DNA from: Candidatus Yanofskybacteria bacterium RIFCSPLOWO2_01_FULL_39_28
GTDB taxonomy: Bacteria; Patescibacteriota; Minisyncoccia; 2-02-FULL-40-12; GWA2-44-9
DNA: 64,000 nt
Direction: 5' to 3'
NCBI GenBank assembly: GCA_001794635.1
Contig: MGKE01000002.1
Coordinates: forward strand, 13,921 to 77,920
Position 1 is the stretch's first letter, and each line of letters starts with the position of its first letter. A model generated the notes under the pieces. The model saw only the letters and a program-made list of their open reading frames with translations, did not search any database and was not told where the DNA came from. The translations under genes were made by a program, and so were the position numbers. This document shows positions 1 through 9,298 of this stretch, piece by piece.

Positions 1-1
1 A

Positions 2-928
2 TATTTGTCCGTTATTTTGCCCATATTTAATGAAGAAAAATCCCTTCCAGAACTAATGAGGGATCTTTATTCTGTCTGCGATTCTTTAAACAAGAATTAC
101 GAAATAATTTTTGTTGACGACTGTTCCAGCGACAGAACCCTGGAGATTTTAAATCAATACGCCGACAAAGATCAAAGAATTAAAATTATCCGTTTTTCAA
201 GAAACTTTAGACACCAAGCGGCTATAAGCGCCGGACTGGATGCTTCAAGAGGCGAGCTTGTCGTGACAATGGACAGTGATCTTCAGCATCCGCCGCAGGT
301 AATCTCAGAATTTATTAAGCAAGCGAATAATGGTTACGATGTTGTTATCGCTGAACGTGTTGCTAATGAAAAGAGGTCATTTCTAAGGGAGTTTATAGGT
401 AGGGTTATATATAGATTTCTAAGTGTTACAACTGGGCTTGAATTTAAAAATGCCGGCGATTTTGTATTATACAAAAGGCGGGTCGTTAACGTGATTAAAA
501 GTCTGCCCGAAAGAGAAAAGTTTTTCAGGGGTTTGGCTCAATGGGTTGGTTTTAAGAAAAAATATATTCCTTATATTGTAAGAGCGAGAAAGTTTGGTCG
601 CGGCACTTCCGTCAAGGGATTAGCTAGATTTATATTAAATGGAGTTACATCATTTTCGGCTTTTCCTCTTCGGATTTCTTTTTGGGTGGGGTTATTGATT
701 TTTTTGATCAGTATTGGCTACGGCGTTTCCGTTATCATAGAGAAAATTCTTTATCCGGAGAATTTGATAGAAGGTCTAACCTCGTTAACCATTGTTGTTC
801 TGGCCCTAGGCAGTGTTCAATTGATGGTTATCGGTGTTGTGGGCGAGTATTTGTATAAGATGTTTAATGAAATAAAAGGAAGACCAGTGTATATAATCGC
901 AGAGACGAAGAACCTAGACAATCTCTAA
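2..928 (+). CDS. GT2 polyprenyl-phosphate sugar transferase (GtrB/ArnC/DPM1-like); 5' end lies outside the window
   Basis: GT-A motifs ILPIFNEE, FVDDCSSD and TMDSDLQHPP, followed by two C-terminal TM helices (FPLRISFWVGLLIFLISIGYGV; LTIVVLALGSVQLMVIGVVGEYL). The frame stays open back to base 2. Confidence 0.85.
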   Translation, partial: YLSVILPIFNEEKSLPELMRDLYSVCDSLNKNYEIIFVDDCSSDRTLEILNQYADKDQRIKIIRFSRNFRHQAAISAGLDASRGELVVTMDSDLQHPPQVISEFIKQANNGYDVVIAERVANEKRSFLREFIGRVIYRFLSVTTGLEFKNAGDFVLYKRRVVNVIKSLPEREKFFRGLAQWVGFKKKYIPYIVRARKFGRGTSVKGLARFILNGVTSFSAFPLRISFWVGLLIFLISIGYGVSVIIEKILYPENLIEGLTSLTIVVLALGSVQLMVIGVVGEYLYKMFNEIKGRPVYIIAETKNLDNL

Positions 929-999
929 TCTCTAAACCCTATTTTAGATTTTGAAATTGTTTAGAGATTAGAAATTAGGATTTAGAGATTATTTTTATT

Positions 1000-1758
1000 A
1001 TGTTAAAAATTATTGCTGACGATCTGGGTTTACATAAGTCCGTTAATGACGGCATTATTTTTTTACTCAAGGAGGGCAAAATTGATGGCGCTTCCCTTAT
1101 GCCCAATGGAGAAGCATTTGAAGACGCGGTTAGGCAATACTCGGAAGCTAAAATTCCAAGTGAAAAAATCGGGATACATTTGAATCTGGTTGAACAAAAA
1201 TCAGTTTTTTCAGGAAGGTTAATGCCTAAAAATCATAAAATTTTATTTATTAAATATATTCTAGGGCTAGTTAAAAAAGACTATATTCAAAAAGAATTTG
1301 AAGCTCAATTTAAAAAAGTTATTCAAGCAGGGATTAAACCGTTTTTTATTAATGGCAATCAGCATCTTCACCTTTTGCCGGGAATTATGGATATAACAAT
1401 TAAACTGGCTAAAGAATACGGAATTAAATATATTAGAATAGTAAATGAGCCAGTATCTTTAAGGAAGTGTAAGCTTTTCCGGCAGTTCCAACTGATGTTT
1501 TTGAATTTTTTGTCAAAACTTGCCGAAAATAAAATAAAAAAAGCCGGCTTGAAATGCAATGATTATTTTATCGGTTTTATTAATGCGGGCAATTTGAGGG
1601 AAGCCGATATAAAACAAGCTTGTGAATTGGCAAAAATACATCCCGATAAAATAGTTGAGCTAGGCAGTCATCCCGGCTACGAAGATGAGAGTTTACGAAG
1701 ACAATATAAACACTGGGGTAATTATAATTGGCAAAAAGAACTGGATTTATTGAAATGA
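1000..1758 (+). CDS. YdjC/ChbG/HpnK-family carbohydrate deacetylase
   Basis: N-terminal IIADDLGLHKSVNDGI motif and a length of about 250 aa, both typical of the YdjC family. Confidence 0.8.
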   Translation: MLKIIADDLGLHKSVNDGIIFLLKEGKIDGASLMPNGEAFEDAVRQYSEAKIPSEKIGIHLNLVEQKSVFSGRLMPKNHKILFIKYILGLVKKDYIQKEFEAQFKKVIQAGIKPFFINGNQHLHLLPGIMDITIKLAKEYGIKYIRIVNEPVSLRKCKLFRQFQLMFLNFLSKLAENKIKKAGLKCNDYFIGFINAGNLREADIKQACELAKIHPDKIVELGSHPGYEDESLRRQYKHWGNYNWQKELDLLK

Positions 1759-3533
1759 TTGTTTCTAAAAGACAAGTTGTTGGATTAGCCATACTTTTTT
1801 CCGCAACAGTTATACTAGCGGTGTTGCCGTTTTGGTATATTGTTCATACTGCCGGCGATTCTTGGCAAGGGATTCTTCCGGCCGGTTACGTTGCTGACAG
1901 CGATTTTTATATACTCCGGATGGTTAAGGGGGCCGACAATTTTCCTTTCGGAAATAATCCGTTCATTATAGAGCAGGCCAAAGATTCAAATCCGGCTTTA
2001 TCTGTCGCCGATTATATCGGATCAATTCCGTATAAAGCCGGATTGAGCATCTTGGGCTCTGTAATTTTTAATGCCATATTTTGGAATCTTGTTTTTGTCT
2101 TCTTGCTTTGGCTACTCTTGAGACAGTTGGGTATAAAAAGCAATTGGTCTTTTTATTTGATTCCGGTGATTTACTTCAATGTGTATGGATCAATGATCCG
2201 ACCGGTTGTAGCTGAAATAGTTTTGCCCTTTTTTGTGTTTTTTCTCTTGATGTTTTTGGTTTGGCTTAAAAAATTCACCAAGCTGAATAGTTTTATTTTT
2301 GCAGTCAGTATTGCTGGTACTTTATATATCTATCCTTATTCGTGGCAGGTTGCTTTTGCGGCTTTGGCGTTTTGTTTTTTGTGGATGTTAAAAAATCAGA
2401 AGTGGTCTGAAGCCAAACTTTTGATTGTAATAATTGGCGGATCTCTGGTTATAGGTTTTCCGGCAGTTTTTTCTATTTATAGCATAACAACTAATCCTTT
2501 ATTTCCTAAATTGCTGGAGTATGTCGGATCTATAAAAACTCATTTGCCTTCGGCACTATCTTTTCAATTGGGACGCTGGATAGTTATAAATTCATTTTTA
2601 TGGTTTATTGCTGTGCGTTTCGTGTCAAAATTAAAAGATGATAAAAACTTTCAGTTTCCCAGGGTTTTTATAATGTCTGTCGGATTCGGTATATTGGCGG
2701 TTTTGATGAGTCCAGTTATAACCGGAAGAGACGGGGCCATTGGCGATCACGTCGGTCGCGAATTATTTTTTTGGCTCTCAATTTCAACAACAACTTTGGC
2801 CTATTTTTTATTTAGCCGTAATGGCTTTTATCAATTAAAATTTTGGAAAAAAGCCGCAATCTTTTTACTTTTAGTTCTTAATTTTATGCCAGTTCTGAAA
2901 CATTCTAAGCGTTCAATTATTCAGCCGTTTAATGCCGATGAAGCCAGGATAGTTGCCGCTCAAGATTATGCCAAACCGATAGAGTGGCTTGATAAGTATG
3001 ACAATAGTCCCAGTGTGGTTTGGGCAGATGGTGATATTAGCAATTATATTCCGACTCATTCTAAATTTTATACATTAGGTTATATAGATGCGATTTATCA
3101 ATATTGGGTTAATAAGTCGGAAATTCAAGAACGCGTCTTATTGTCCATATATTTTCAAGAGATAACTCCAGAGGCGCTTGATAACACAACTCTTACGGGG
3201 AATCGTTATATGCGTCAATTTACTGATTTAGGGTGGAAACTGCGTGTTTGCGGGGTGTTAAATTTTTTAAGGTTTAGTAGTAAATGTTATCCAAAAACAT
3301 CCGGTTTGACTTTTGATGAGCTTGTCTCACAGAAAAATGAAGAACTTCAAAATTTACTAGAAAAAAATAATACCGAAGTCAGGCCATATATCAGCGAACT
3401 GCTTAAAAAATACAACGTTAATTACGCTATCAAAGATCTTGTGGGCGGTAACAAAAATTTTAATATTCAACAATTTAAAAATGCTGAAGAAATATATAAC
3501 GACGGCCGCTTCGTGATCTATGGGTTTAAATAG
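1755..3533 (+). CDS. Polytopic membrane protein with a soluble C-terminal domain; putative GT-C-type glycosyltransferase
   Basis: About 12 hydrophobic segments. An acidic motif, VADSDFYILRM, follows TM1 directly and resembles the first-loop motif of ArnT/PMT/STT3 enzymes. I prefer the ATG at 1755, which makes an ATGA overlap with the upstream stop, over the track start at 1728. Confidence 0.55.
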   Translation: MIVSKRQVVGLAILFSATVILAVLPFWYIVHTAGDSWQGILPAGYVADSDFYILRMVKGADNFPFGNNPFIIEQAKDSNPALSVADYIGSIPYKAGLSILGSVIFNAIFWNLVFVFLLWLLLRQLGIKSNWSFYLIPVIYFNVYGSMIRPVVAEIVLPFFVFFLLMFLVWLKKFTKLNSFIFAVSIAGTLYIYPYSWQVAFAALAFCFLWMLKNQKWSEAKLLIVIIGGSLVIGFPAVFSIYSITTNPLFPKLLEYVGSIKTHLPSALSFQLGRWIVINSFLWFIAVRFVSKLKDDKNFQFPRVFIMSVGFGILAVLMSPVITGRDGAIGDHVGRELFFWLSISTTTLAYFLFSRNGFYQLKFWKKAAIFLLLVLNFMPVLKHSKRSIIQPFNADEARIVAAQDYAKPIEWLDKYDNSPSVVWADGDISNYIPTHSKFYTLGYIDAIYQYWVNKSEIQERVLLSIYFQEITPEALDNTTLTGNRYMRQFTDLGWKLRVCGVLNFLRFSSKCYPKTSGLTFDELVSQKNEELQNLLEKNNTEVRPYISELLKKYNVNYAIKDLVGGNKNFNIQQFKNAEEIYNDGRFVIYGFK

Positions 3534-3602
3534 AGATCTTGTCAGTGCTTAATAATCATGGTATTTATCTCGTATAGACCTTTTAAAATAAGGACGTAAA
3601 TT

Positions 3603-4607
3603 GTGGAGTTTGACCGAAAACGATTGAAGATCTTGCCTCTGGTTGAAAGAGAGAACAAGATGACTTTAGCCGATGTGAAGCGATTAGAAGATTCTATATG
3701 CACAAAAGATCTCAACCCCATTACTAAAATGGACATAGAAATATTAGCCGAACGGCTTATCCAGAGACGCCATCGGGGCCGGCAGGTTATTTGGCTAATG
3801 GGTGCTCATGTCCTGCGTCGGGGCAATTCAAGGTATATAATTGATCTAATGAAACAGGGGTTTCTTACTCATATTGCCTCAAATATGGCAGTTGCTATCC
3901 ACGACTTTGAATTAAGCCATATTGGTGCCACCCTTGAAGATGTTGAATTTTATATCAAAGACGGCCGATTCGGCAACTGGGAAGAGACGGGCCAATATCT
4001 TAACGAAGCTATTTTTACAGGATACAAAGATGGCATTGGTTTGGGCAGGGCGATTGGCCGGATGATAAATTCTTCTAGTAGCCAGGAAATGCCGCATCGG
4101 GAAATCAGTATATTTAACACTGCTTATGAACTTGATATTCCGATCACGGTTCACAAGGGTATCGGCTATGATATTACTGACCAGCATCCGGCTGCTAATT
4201 TTGAAGCAATAGGCAAAACTTCAGGTCTGGATTTTCTTGAGTTTGCTTCTGCCATTTTTCAACTTGAAGATGGCGTGTTCCTCAATCTTGGCTCTTCAGT
4301 TATGGGACCGGAGGTTTATCTTAAAGCATTATCAATGGCTCGCAATGTTGCTGGCCAAGAGGGGAGAGAAATAAAACGCTTTACAACTGCTGTTTTTGAT
4401 ATGGTGTCATTGGGTAATTGGAAAGAAGAACCATCACTGGTTGACTATAAAAAACCGGGGGCCATGTCCGATAGTCGTTATTATTTTCGTCCACTAAAAA
4501 GCGTTCTGGTCAGAACCGTTAAAGACGGCGGCGAAAGTTTTTACATCCAAGGTGACTTTAGTTTAACTGTACCGCTTCTCTGTCAACATTTGAAAGGAGT
4601 GGCATAA
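3603..4607 (+). CDS. Conserved protein with possible deoxyhypusine-synthase-like fold; function unknown
   Basis: GTG start 8 nt after AAGGA. MGAHVLRRGNSRYIIDLMKQGFLTHIASN and the C-terminal GDFSLTVPLL loosely recall DHS-family motifs (SG.R..I..L..., DA.L.FPLL). The assignment is weak. Confidence 0.4.
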   Translation: MEFDRKRLKILPLVERENKMTLADVKRLEDSICTKDLNPITKMDIEILAERLIQRRHRGRQVIWLMGAHVLRRGNSRYIIDLMKQGFLTHIASNMAVAIHDFELSHIGATLEDVEFYIKDGRFGNWEETGQYLNEAIFTGYKDGIGLGRAIGRMINSSSSQEMPHREISIFNTAYELDIPITVHKGIGYDITDQHPAANFEAIGKTSGLDFLEFASAIFQLEDGVFLNLGSSVMGPEVYLKALSMARNVAGQEGREIKRFTTAVFDMVSLGNWKEEPSLVDYKKPGAMSDSRYYFRPLKSVLVRTVKDGGESFYIQGDFSLTVPLLCQHLKGVA

Positions 4608-4611
4608 AAAT

Positions 4612-4655
4612 AAATCCCTCACCAGTTTTTTTAAAAAACTGGTGAGGGATTTTTA
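4612..4655. terminator. Bidirectional intrinsic terminator between convergent genes
   Basis: Perfect 19-bp stem, AAATCCCTCACCAGTTTTT / AAAAACTGGTGAGGGATTT, with a 3-nt loop. A/T runs flank both sides. Confidence 0.8.
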
Positions 4656-4659
4656 AGTT

Positions 4660-5883
4660 CTATATGAAGTTAGCTCTTTTTGGCCGTTTCAAACTTTCTA
4701 AACTAATTATTTCTTGGTTAAATCCCTCATCATTCATACGAGATATTTTGTCCAAATATCCATTTTCTTTATCGGGGTGACAGGTTTTGCGACATTCAGT
4801 AATATCCAGATCATTTAAAACAAATTTGAGGTGTTCTCTCCGACGTTCGCCAAACCAAATTTCTTTTACTGATTGAGTATTAATGTTGCCTAAAGTAAAT
4901 CTTTCGTCGGTCCAATAAGCAGAACAGCTAATCCATTTACCGTCAGACTGAATGTATGACCAAAGGGTCGGTGTTGCTCTGCAAGTGCAATAACCACGTT
5001 CTTCGGCCTCATATTCCTCAAATCGGCTAAAACGGAAAATAACCTCAAAATCATTATGATTATATCTATTCATTAATTCTTTGCCAGTTTCCGTAATTTC
5101 ATTCATTAGATTCCTGTAACTCATGTCACCATAAAGTTTTGCCGTCTCTTGGCTATACAGATGCTGTGAGTAGGGTTTAAACGAAACATAATCCAATCCG
5201 CAGCCAATTGCATACTGAATAAGCTGTTCCATTTCCCGCCAGTTTGTCGGCACGACTGTATTGCCTCGCTGATGATCAATCGTTTCTTTGACTAGAACAG
5301 TCATGTTGGCGCCGATATCGCAGTCTTTAACTCCAAGGCGATGCTTTATTTGAACTGCCTTATCCAAATTATGCCAAATTAAATCCCAATGTTTTGGTGT
5401 TGGTGTTCTGTGGATCTTGGCGTAACTTTCTGAAGTGCCGGCATTGATACTGACCTGAATATAGCCGTTAACCAGTGGGATAATTTCTCTAGCTAGTTTT
5501 TCGGTCAGGCCGGTGCCATTGGTGAGCATGCCGATATCAATTCCAGCTTTTCTTGTTTCAGCAAATATTTTCGCGAGATCTTTATGAAGAGTTGGTTCGC
5601 CTTCGCCGGCATACTGAATGGCTTTAATACCCAACCCATCCGGGTCTTCAACTCTTAACTGCTTCATCTCTCTTAAACGGGCGATAAGCAGGTTTGTATC
5701 TAGCGACCGATTCGGATAACCAAGCATTTCTGGGGCGCAGAATGTGCATCTATGATTACACATTCCCACCGGAGAAATTTCAATATAAACCGGCTGGACA
5801 GAAAAAGGATCCTGTCGCCAGCGTCTTAACCAGGCGGGATGACTAACAATTTTTGGATTTTCAATCCAGTCTTTTCTGTTCAT
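4660..5883 (-). CDS. Radical SAM enzyme with a Cys-rich C-terminal (SPASM/twitch-like) domain
   Basis: CNHRCTFC (CX3CX2C) near the N-terminus. The C-terminal part carries extra cysteines (CTCRATP..., ISCSAYW, ECRKTCHPD). Confidence 0.8.
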   Translation of the reverse strand: MNRKDWIENPKIVSHPAWLRRWRQDPFSVQPVYIEISPVGMCNHRCTFCAPEMLGYPNRSLDTNLLIARLREMKQLRVEDPDGLGIKAIQYAGEGEPTLHKDLAKIFAETRKAGIDIGMLTNGTGLTEKLAREIIPLVNGYIQVSINAGTSESYAKIHRTPTPKHWDLIWHNLDKAVQIKHRLGVKDCDIGANMTVLVKETIDHQRGNTVVPTNWREMEQLIQYAIGCGLDYVSFKPYSQHLYSQETAKLYGDMSYRNLMNEITETGKELMNRYNHNDFEVIFRFSRFEEYEAEERGYCTCRATPTLWSYIQSDGKWISCSAYWTDERFTLGNINTQSVKEIWFGERRREHLKFVLNDLDITECRKTCHPDKENGYLDKISRMNDEGFNQEIISLESLKRPKRANFI

Positions 5884-6038
5884 TAACGACTCTCAAGGAA
5901 CTAGATTATTGGCCCAAGGTTAATATAAAAAAAACAAGTTGTCTAGGGACTGGTTTTGAAAATACTAGTCTATTGATTTTTTCGCTATTTATTTATAGAT
6001 TGACTTAGATTCTTAATAATCTGAAAGCGGAGGAAATT

Positions 6039-6437
6039 ATGGCCATTGAAATTAAAAACTCAAAAGGGCAAACTCTTTTTGTTCATTTGGGTGAGAGTTT
6101 GGTTAATGCCGATTTTAGTAATAAGGATTTAAAACACGCTGTTTTAAGTAAAATGAATTGTTCGGGAGCTAATTTTGACGGAGCTGATCTTGAATTTGCT
6201 CATTGCCGGGGAACAAATTTTACCGGGGCAAGTTTCAAAAATGCTTATATGGTTTACGGACAGTTTCATGAGGCTAATTTCACCGAAGCTGATTTTGAGG
6301 GTGTAAACATTGAGCGGGCAAAATTTATTGATGCCAATTTAACTAATGCCATAAATTGGCACAAACGGGAGCGAGACTATCAAGCTAAATTTATGGGTGC
6401 AACAATGCCAGATGGAAGAAAGGTGGAGGAAGAATAA
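6039..6437 (+). CDS. Pentapeptide-repeat protein
   Basis: Repeating A(D/N)Lxx-type pentads (ANFDGADLEFAHCRGTNFTGASFKNAYM...). GGAGGA lies upstream of the ATG. Confidence 0.85.
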   Translation: MAIEIKNSKGQTLFVHLGESLVNADFSNKDLKHAVLSKMNCSGANFDGADLEFAHCRGTNFTGASFKNAYMVYGQFHEANFTEADFEGVNIERAKFIDANLTNAINWHKRERDYQAKFMGATMPDGRKVEEE

Positions 6438-6964
6438 TGATTGTTTATGATAGGCAAACGAGCGAAAAATTGTTCGAAATTCCAGCTGATAAGTTATCTG
6501 GGTTGGACATGCGTCAGTTCAATCTTCGTTATGCGGATCTTAGCGACCAAAACTTGAGTGATTGTAACTTTGAAGGTTCTGATTTAGAAGGCGCACAGTT
6601 TACAAACTCTAACTTATGCAACGCAAATTTGACTAAGACCAATCTGGCCGAGGCCATATTTACCAGAGCTGACCTTTCTTACGCCAGGTTCGTTGGCTCC
6701 AGAATGGTTATAACCGCTTTTTCTTATGCAACCCTGAATGAAGCTGACTTATCTGAAATTATAATTGATGGCATGGTTAATTTTCGTTGGATTAAGGCCC
6801 ATAAGTCAAAGTTCAGAAATATCGTGAATTTAAACGGTGCTAATTTTTTTGAAGCAGATTTGACGGATACTGATTTTGAGGGTTCTGATTTTATGCAAGT
6901 AAGCGAGAGTGATAGGACAGGCGCAATTTTAAAAGGCACATTATTTGAACATTTGATGCAATAA
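6437..6964 (+). CDS. Pentapeptide-repeat protein (second of a coupled pair)
   Basis: Pentad repeats (ADLSDQNLSDCNFEGSDLEGAQFTNSNLCNANLTKTNLAEAIFTRADLSYARF). TAATG overlap with the upstream gene. Confidence 0.85.
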   Translation: MIVYDRQTSEKLFEIPADKLSGLDMRQFNLRYADLSDQNLSDCNFEGSDLEGAQFTNSNLCNANLTKTNLAEAIFTRADLSYARFVGSRMVITAFSYATLNEADLSEIIIDGMVNFRWIKAHKSKFRNIVNLNGANFFEADLTDTDFEGSDFMQVSESDRTGAILKGTLFEHLMQ

Positions 6965-6965
6965 A

Positions 6966-6990
6966 ATAAATCCCCGAGTAGGGGATTTTT
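6966..6990. terminator. Bidirectional intrinsic terminator
   Basis: AAATCCCC-GAGTA-GGGGATTT hairpin followed by TTT. It sits between convergent genes. Confidence 0.7.
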
Positions 6991-7000
6991 AGTTGAATTT

Positions 7001-8695
7001 TTAACCAGAATAGTCGGCTTTAACATTATCCATCGGACTGGTTCTAAAAACATCAGGGAAAAAGGTCCGAAGAGCAGTAGGTGTTTTCCAGACAATAGAG
7101 CCATCTTTGATACTGTTTAAAATCTGTCTTTCTATATAAGCGGGGTTACTGTAAAATTCACGGTAGAATTTTTTATACCATTCTGTAAAAACTTCCGGGG
7201 TTAAGTCTGGATTCGGATGACGGTATACGCCAGCCGCTTTGTGGATATTATAGTGGTCCCATCTCTCAGATACTATATAACCTTTTCTTTTCCATCGAGC
7301 ATAAGCTTGTGTATCAGGAAATGGCGTGTAAACTGTTACTTTGGCATAATCTGGCATCAGGGCTTTAGCAAACTCAATTGTTTTTTGCATAGATTGGAGT
7401 GTTTCTTTTTCAGCACCAAAAATAAAAAAGCCAACGACTTCTATGCCAACTTCTCTAAAAATATTCATTACATCCAAACTTTTTTGGATGGGCAATGACT
7501 TCCTCATTGAATCAAGTGTATCTTGGTCCCCACTCTCAAAACCGGCTCCGGTTTGATATAGGCCGGCTCTTTTAAAAAGTTCTAAGAATTTCTTGGTACA
7601 GCGATCCGCCCGGACACCATTGCCAAGGTTAATGTCAAAATGCAAACCAGCGCTAAGCATTTTTTCGGCAATGATTTCTCCTCTTCTTACGTCAGTCAGA
7701 AATTGGTCATCAGTAATTCTTAATTCTTTTATTCCATAACGCTTATAATATTTAAGTTCTTCAATGACACGATCTGGACTTAAAACTCTGTAATCGTCTT
7801 CAGCAGAACAGAAATCACAGGCGAAAGGACAACCACGGCTTGTCTCAAATTGAATAAAAGGATGGCTTTTGACTATAATTCTTGGGTTATGATAATTTAG
7901 AGAATTTTTATAAAGTTCTAAGTCTTGATGGGGCAGATCATTTAACTGTTTGCTAGTCATTAGTGGGCGAGGCAAACTCGTTTGAACAAAAGGATCCAGT
8001 GAAATTACAGCATTTTGTTGGATAAAGTAAGCTTCTTCTCCAAGGGCTAGTCGTTTTAAGATTTCATTAACAGTAATTGTCATCCAGCGTCTGTTATCAT
8101 CTCTGTAAGCAATGCCCCGTATATCTTTATAGGGTCTGCCTTGGCAAATTTCGCCAAATGTTAATTCGCCTTCACCAAGGGCTACAACATCACACATGGA
8201 GTCAACTAAACTTTCTTTATATAAAGCTGTAGCATGAACTCCGCCATGAATCACTACTACTTCTGGTCCAAGAATCTGCTTGGCAATAATACCGATTAAT
8301 TTAGCCTCATAGTATATCGGAGTTGTTACAGTACAGCAAACAAATTTAGGTTTTTCGTTCAATAAAAATCGTATAAATTCTATCCAGCAAAAAGCATTTT
8401 TATCACTCATTACACCCATGTCACAAACTACCGTTTCAAACCCAGGAATAAGCTCTTTGACATAACCGGAAAGCCATAGCGAGTATTGAATAAGATATAC
8501 TTGAGTTGCGGCATTTATTCTTGTACCGGTATAGGCTCGGAACATGCTGGGCTGGACAATAAAAGCAGCTTTTTTGTCATTAAGACGAGGGAAATTTCCG
8601 GTAAGTTTTATAGTTTTAAGGTTTAAAGCGGGTGCTGAAGGTGCGAGATTAACTTTCGTAGTCAGAGACGATAATGGTATAAAATTTTCTTCCAT
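7001..8695 (-). CDS. Cobalamin-binding-domain (class B) radical SAM enzyme
   Basis: FETSRGCPFACDFCSAED cluster motif, preceded by a Rossmann-like region of about 250 aa (PEVVVIHGGVHATA) typical of B12-binding rSAM proteins. Confidence 0.8.
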   Translation of the reverse strand: MEENFIPLSSLTTKVNLAPSAPALNLKTIKLTGNFPRLNDKKAAFIVQPSMFRAYTGTRINAATQVYLIQYSLWLSGYVKELIPGFETVVCDMGVMSDKNAFCWIEFIRFLLNEKPKFVCCTVTTPIYYEAKLIGIIAKQILGPEVVVIHGGVHATALYKESLVDSMCDVVALGEGELTFGEICQGRPYKDIRGIAYRDDNRRWMTITVNEILKRLALGEEAYFIQQNAVISLDPFVQTSLPRPLMTSKQLNDLPHQDLELYKNSLNYHNPRIIVKSHPFIQFETSRGCPFACDFCSAEDDYRVLSPDRVIEELKYYKRYGIKELRITDDQFLTDVRRGEIIAEKMLSAGLHFDINLGNGVRADRCTKKFLELFKRAGLYQTGAGFESGDQDTLDSMRKSLPIQKSLDVMNIFREVGIEVVGFFIFGAEKETLQSMQKTIEFAKALMPDYAKVTVYTPFPDTQAYARWKRKGYIVSERWDHYNIHKAAGVYRHPNPDLTPEVFTEWYKKFYREFYSNPAYIERQILNSIKDGSIVWKTPTALRTFFPDVFRTSPMDNVKADYSG

Positions 8696-8758
8696 TTCTA
8701 ACCTTTTTATTAACGAACTATAAATAATAAAGTACTAAAAAAATTACTACCAGTCAAA

Positions 8759-8784
8759 CAAAAAGCGCAGAATATTTCTGCGCT
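8759..8784 (-). terminator. Intrinsic terminator at the stop codon of 8783..9298
   Basis: AGCGCAGAA-TAT-TTCTGCGCT hairpin followed by TTTTT on the minus strand. Confidence 0.65.
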
Positions 8785-9298
8785 AAGAATTAGTCCAAAA
8801 TATCATAGTAGCAATTAAAGTTACTACAAATCCTATTGGTTCAGCAAGTTTATAACATAAATTTAACTGTGCTGGATATTTAACGGGCCAGCCAATTGGT
8901 ACTATTTTGTACCATAAGCTGGCAGGAAATGGACACATAATCCACTTAAGTGGTGGGTGAGTGGAATAGTGTCGTCCATCTTGCTTGAGACCGGGAATAA
9001 ATGCATCTGCAAGCATATGAAGTAAAACCGCCCAAAATGGCAACATTGAGTTAGATAAGTAGCTTAAGCTAATCCCAAATGGAAATGCGAATACGCTATG
9101 AAGTAGTCTGACTCTTGCAGTAATGTCGGGTGGCTGTCTTTTAAACTTTTGATCGTATATTTCAAAAACCTTATCGCTGTCAATCAGTACTCCTCCCGTT
9201 GTGGTGATTGCTATTATTTCTGGTGATACATCTAGGCCGCTAAATTTTGCCCCAGCCAATAAGGCCGATGTCATACCCAAGTGGCACATTGGACCCAT
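8783..9298 (-). CDS. Small integral membrane protein, possibly a DUF457/YdjM-like metal-dependent hydrolase
   Basis: Several TM segments with scattered His/Asp (CHLGM, DSDK, LLHMLADAF). TAATG overlap with the upstream GT gene. Confidence 0.4.
   Translation of the reverse strand: MGPMCHLGMTSALLAGAKFSGLDVSPEIIAITTTGGVLIDSDKVFEIYDQKFKRQPPDITARVRLLHSVFAFPFGISLSYLSNSMLPFWAVLLHMLADAFIPGLKQDGRHYSTHPPLKWIMCPFPASLWYKIVPIGWPVKYPAQLNLCYKLAEPIGFVVTLIATMIFWTNS

Noticed and set aside
921-990. A CRISPR-like or tandem repeat array, suggested by the repeated TCTCTAA / TTTAGAGATT motifs.
   Set aside because: There are only two or three short, irregular copies forming one hairpin, with no spacer structure and no cas genes.
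4660-6964. A RiPP-type system, with the rSAM/SPASM enzyme acting on a nearby peptide.
   Set aside because: No short precursor-like ORF, leader peptidase or dedicated exporter is adjacent. The neighbouring small proteins are ordinary pentapeptide-repeat proteins, and the wider context is sugar metabolism.
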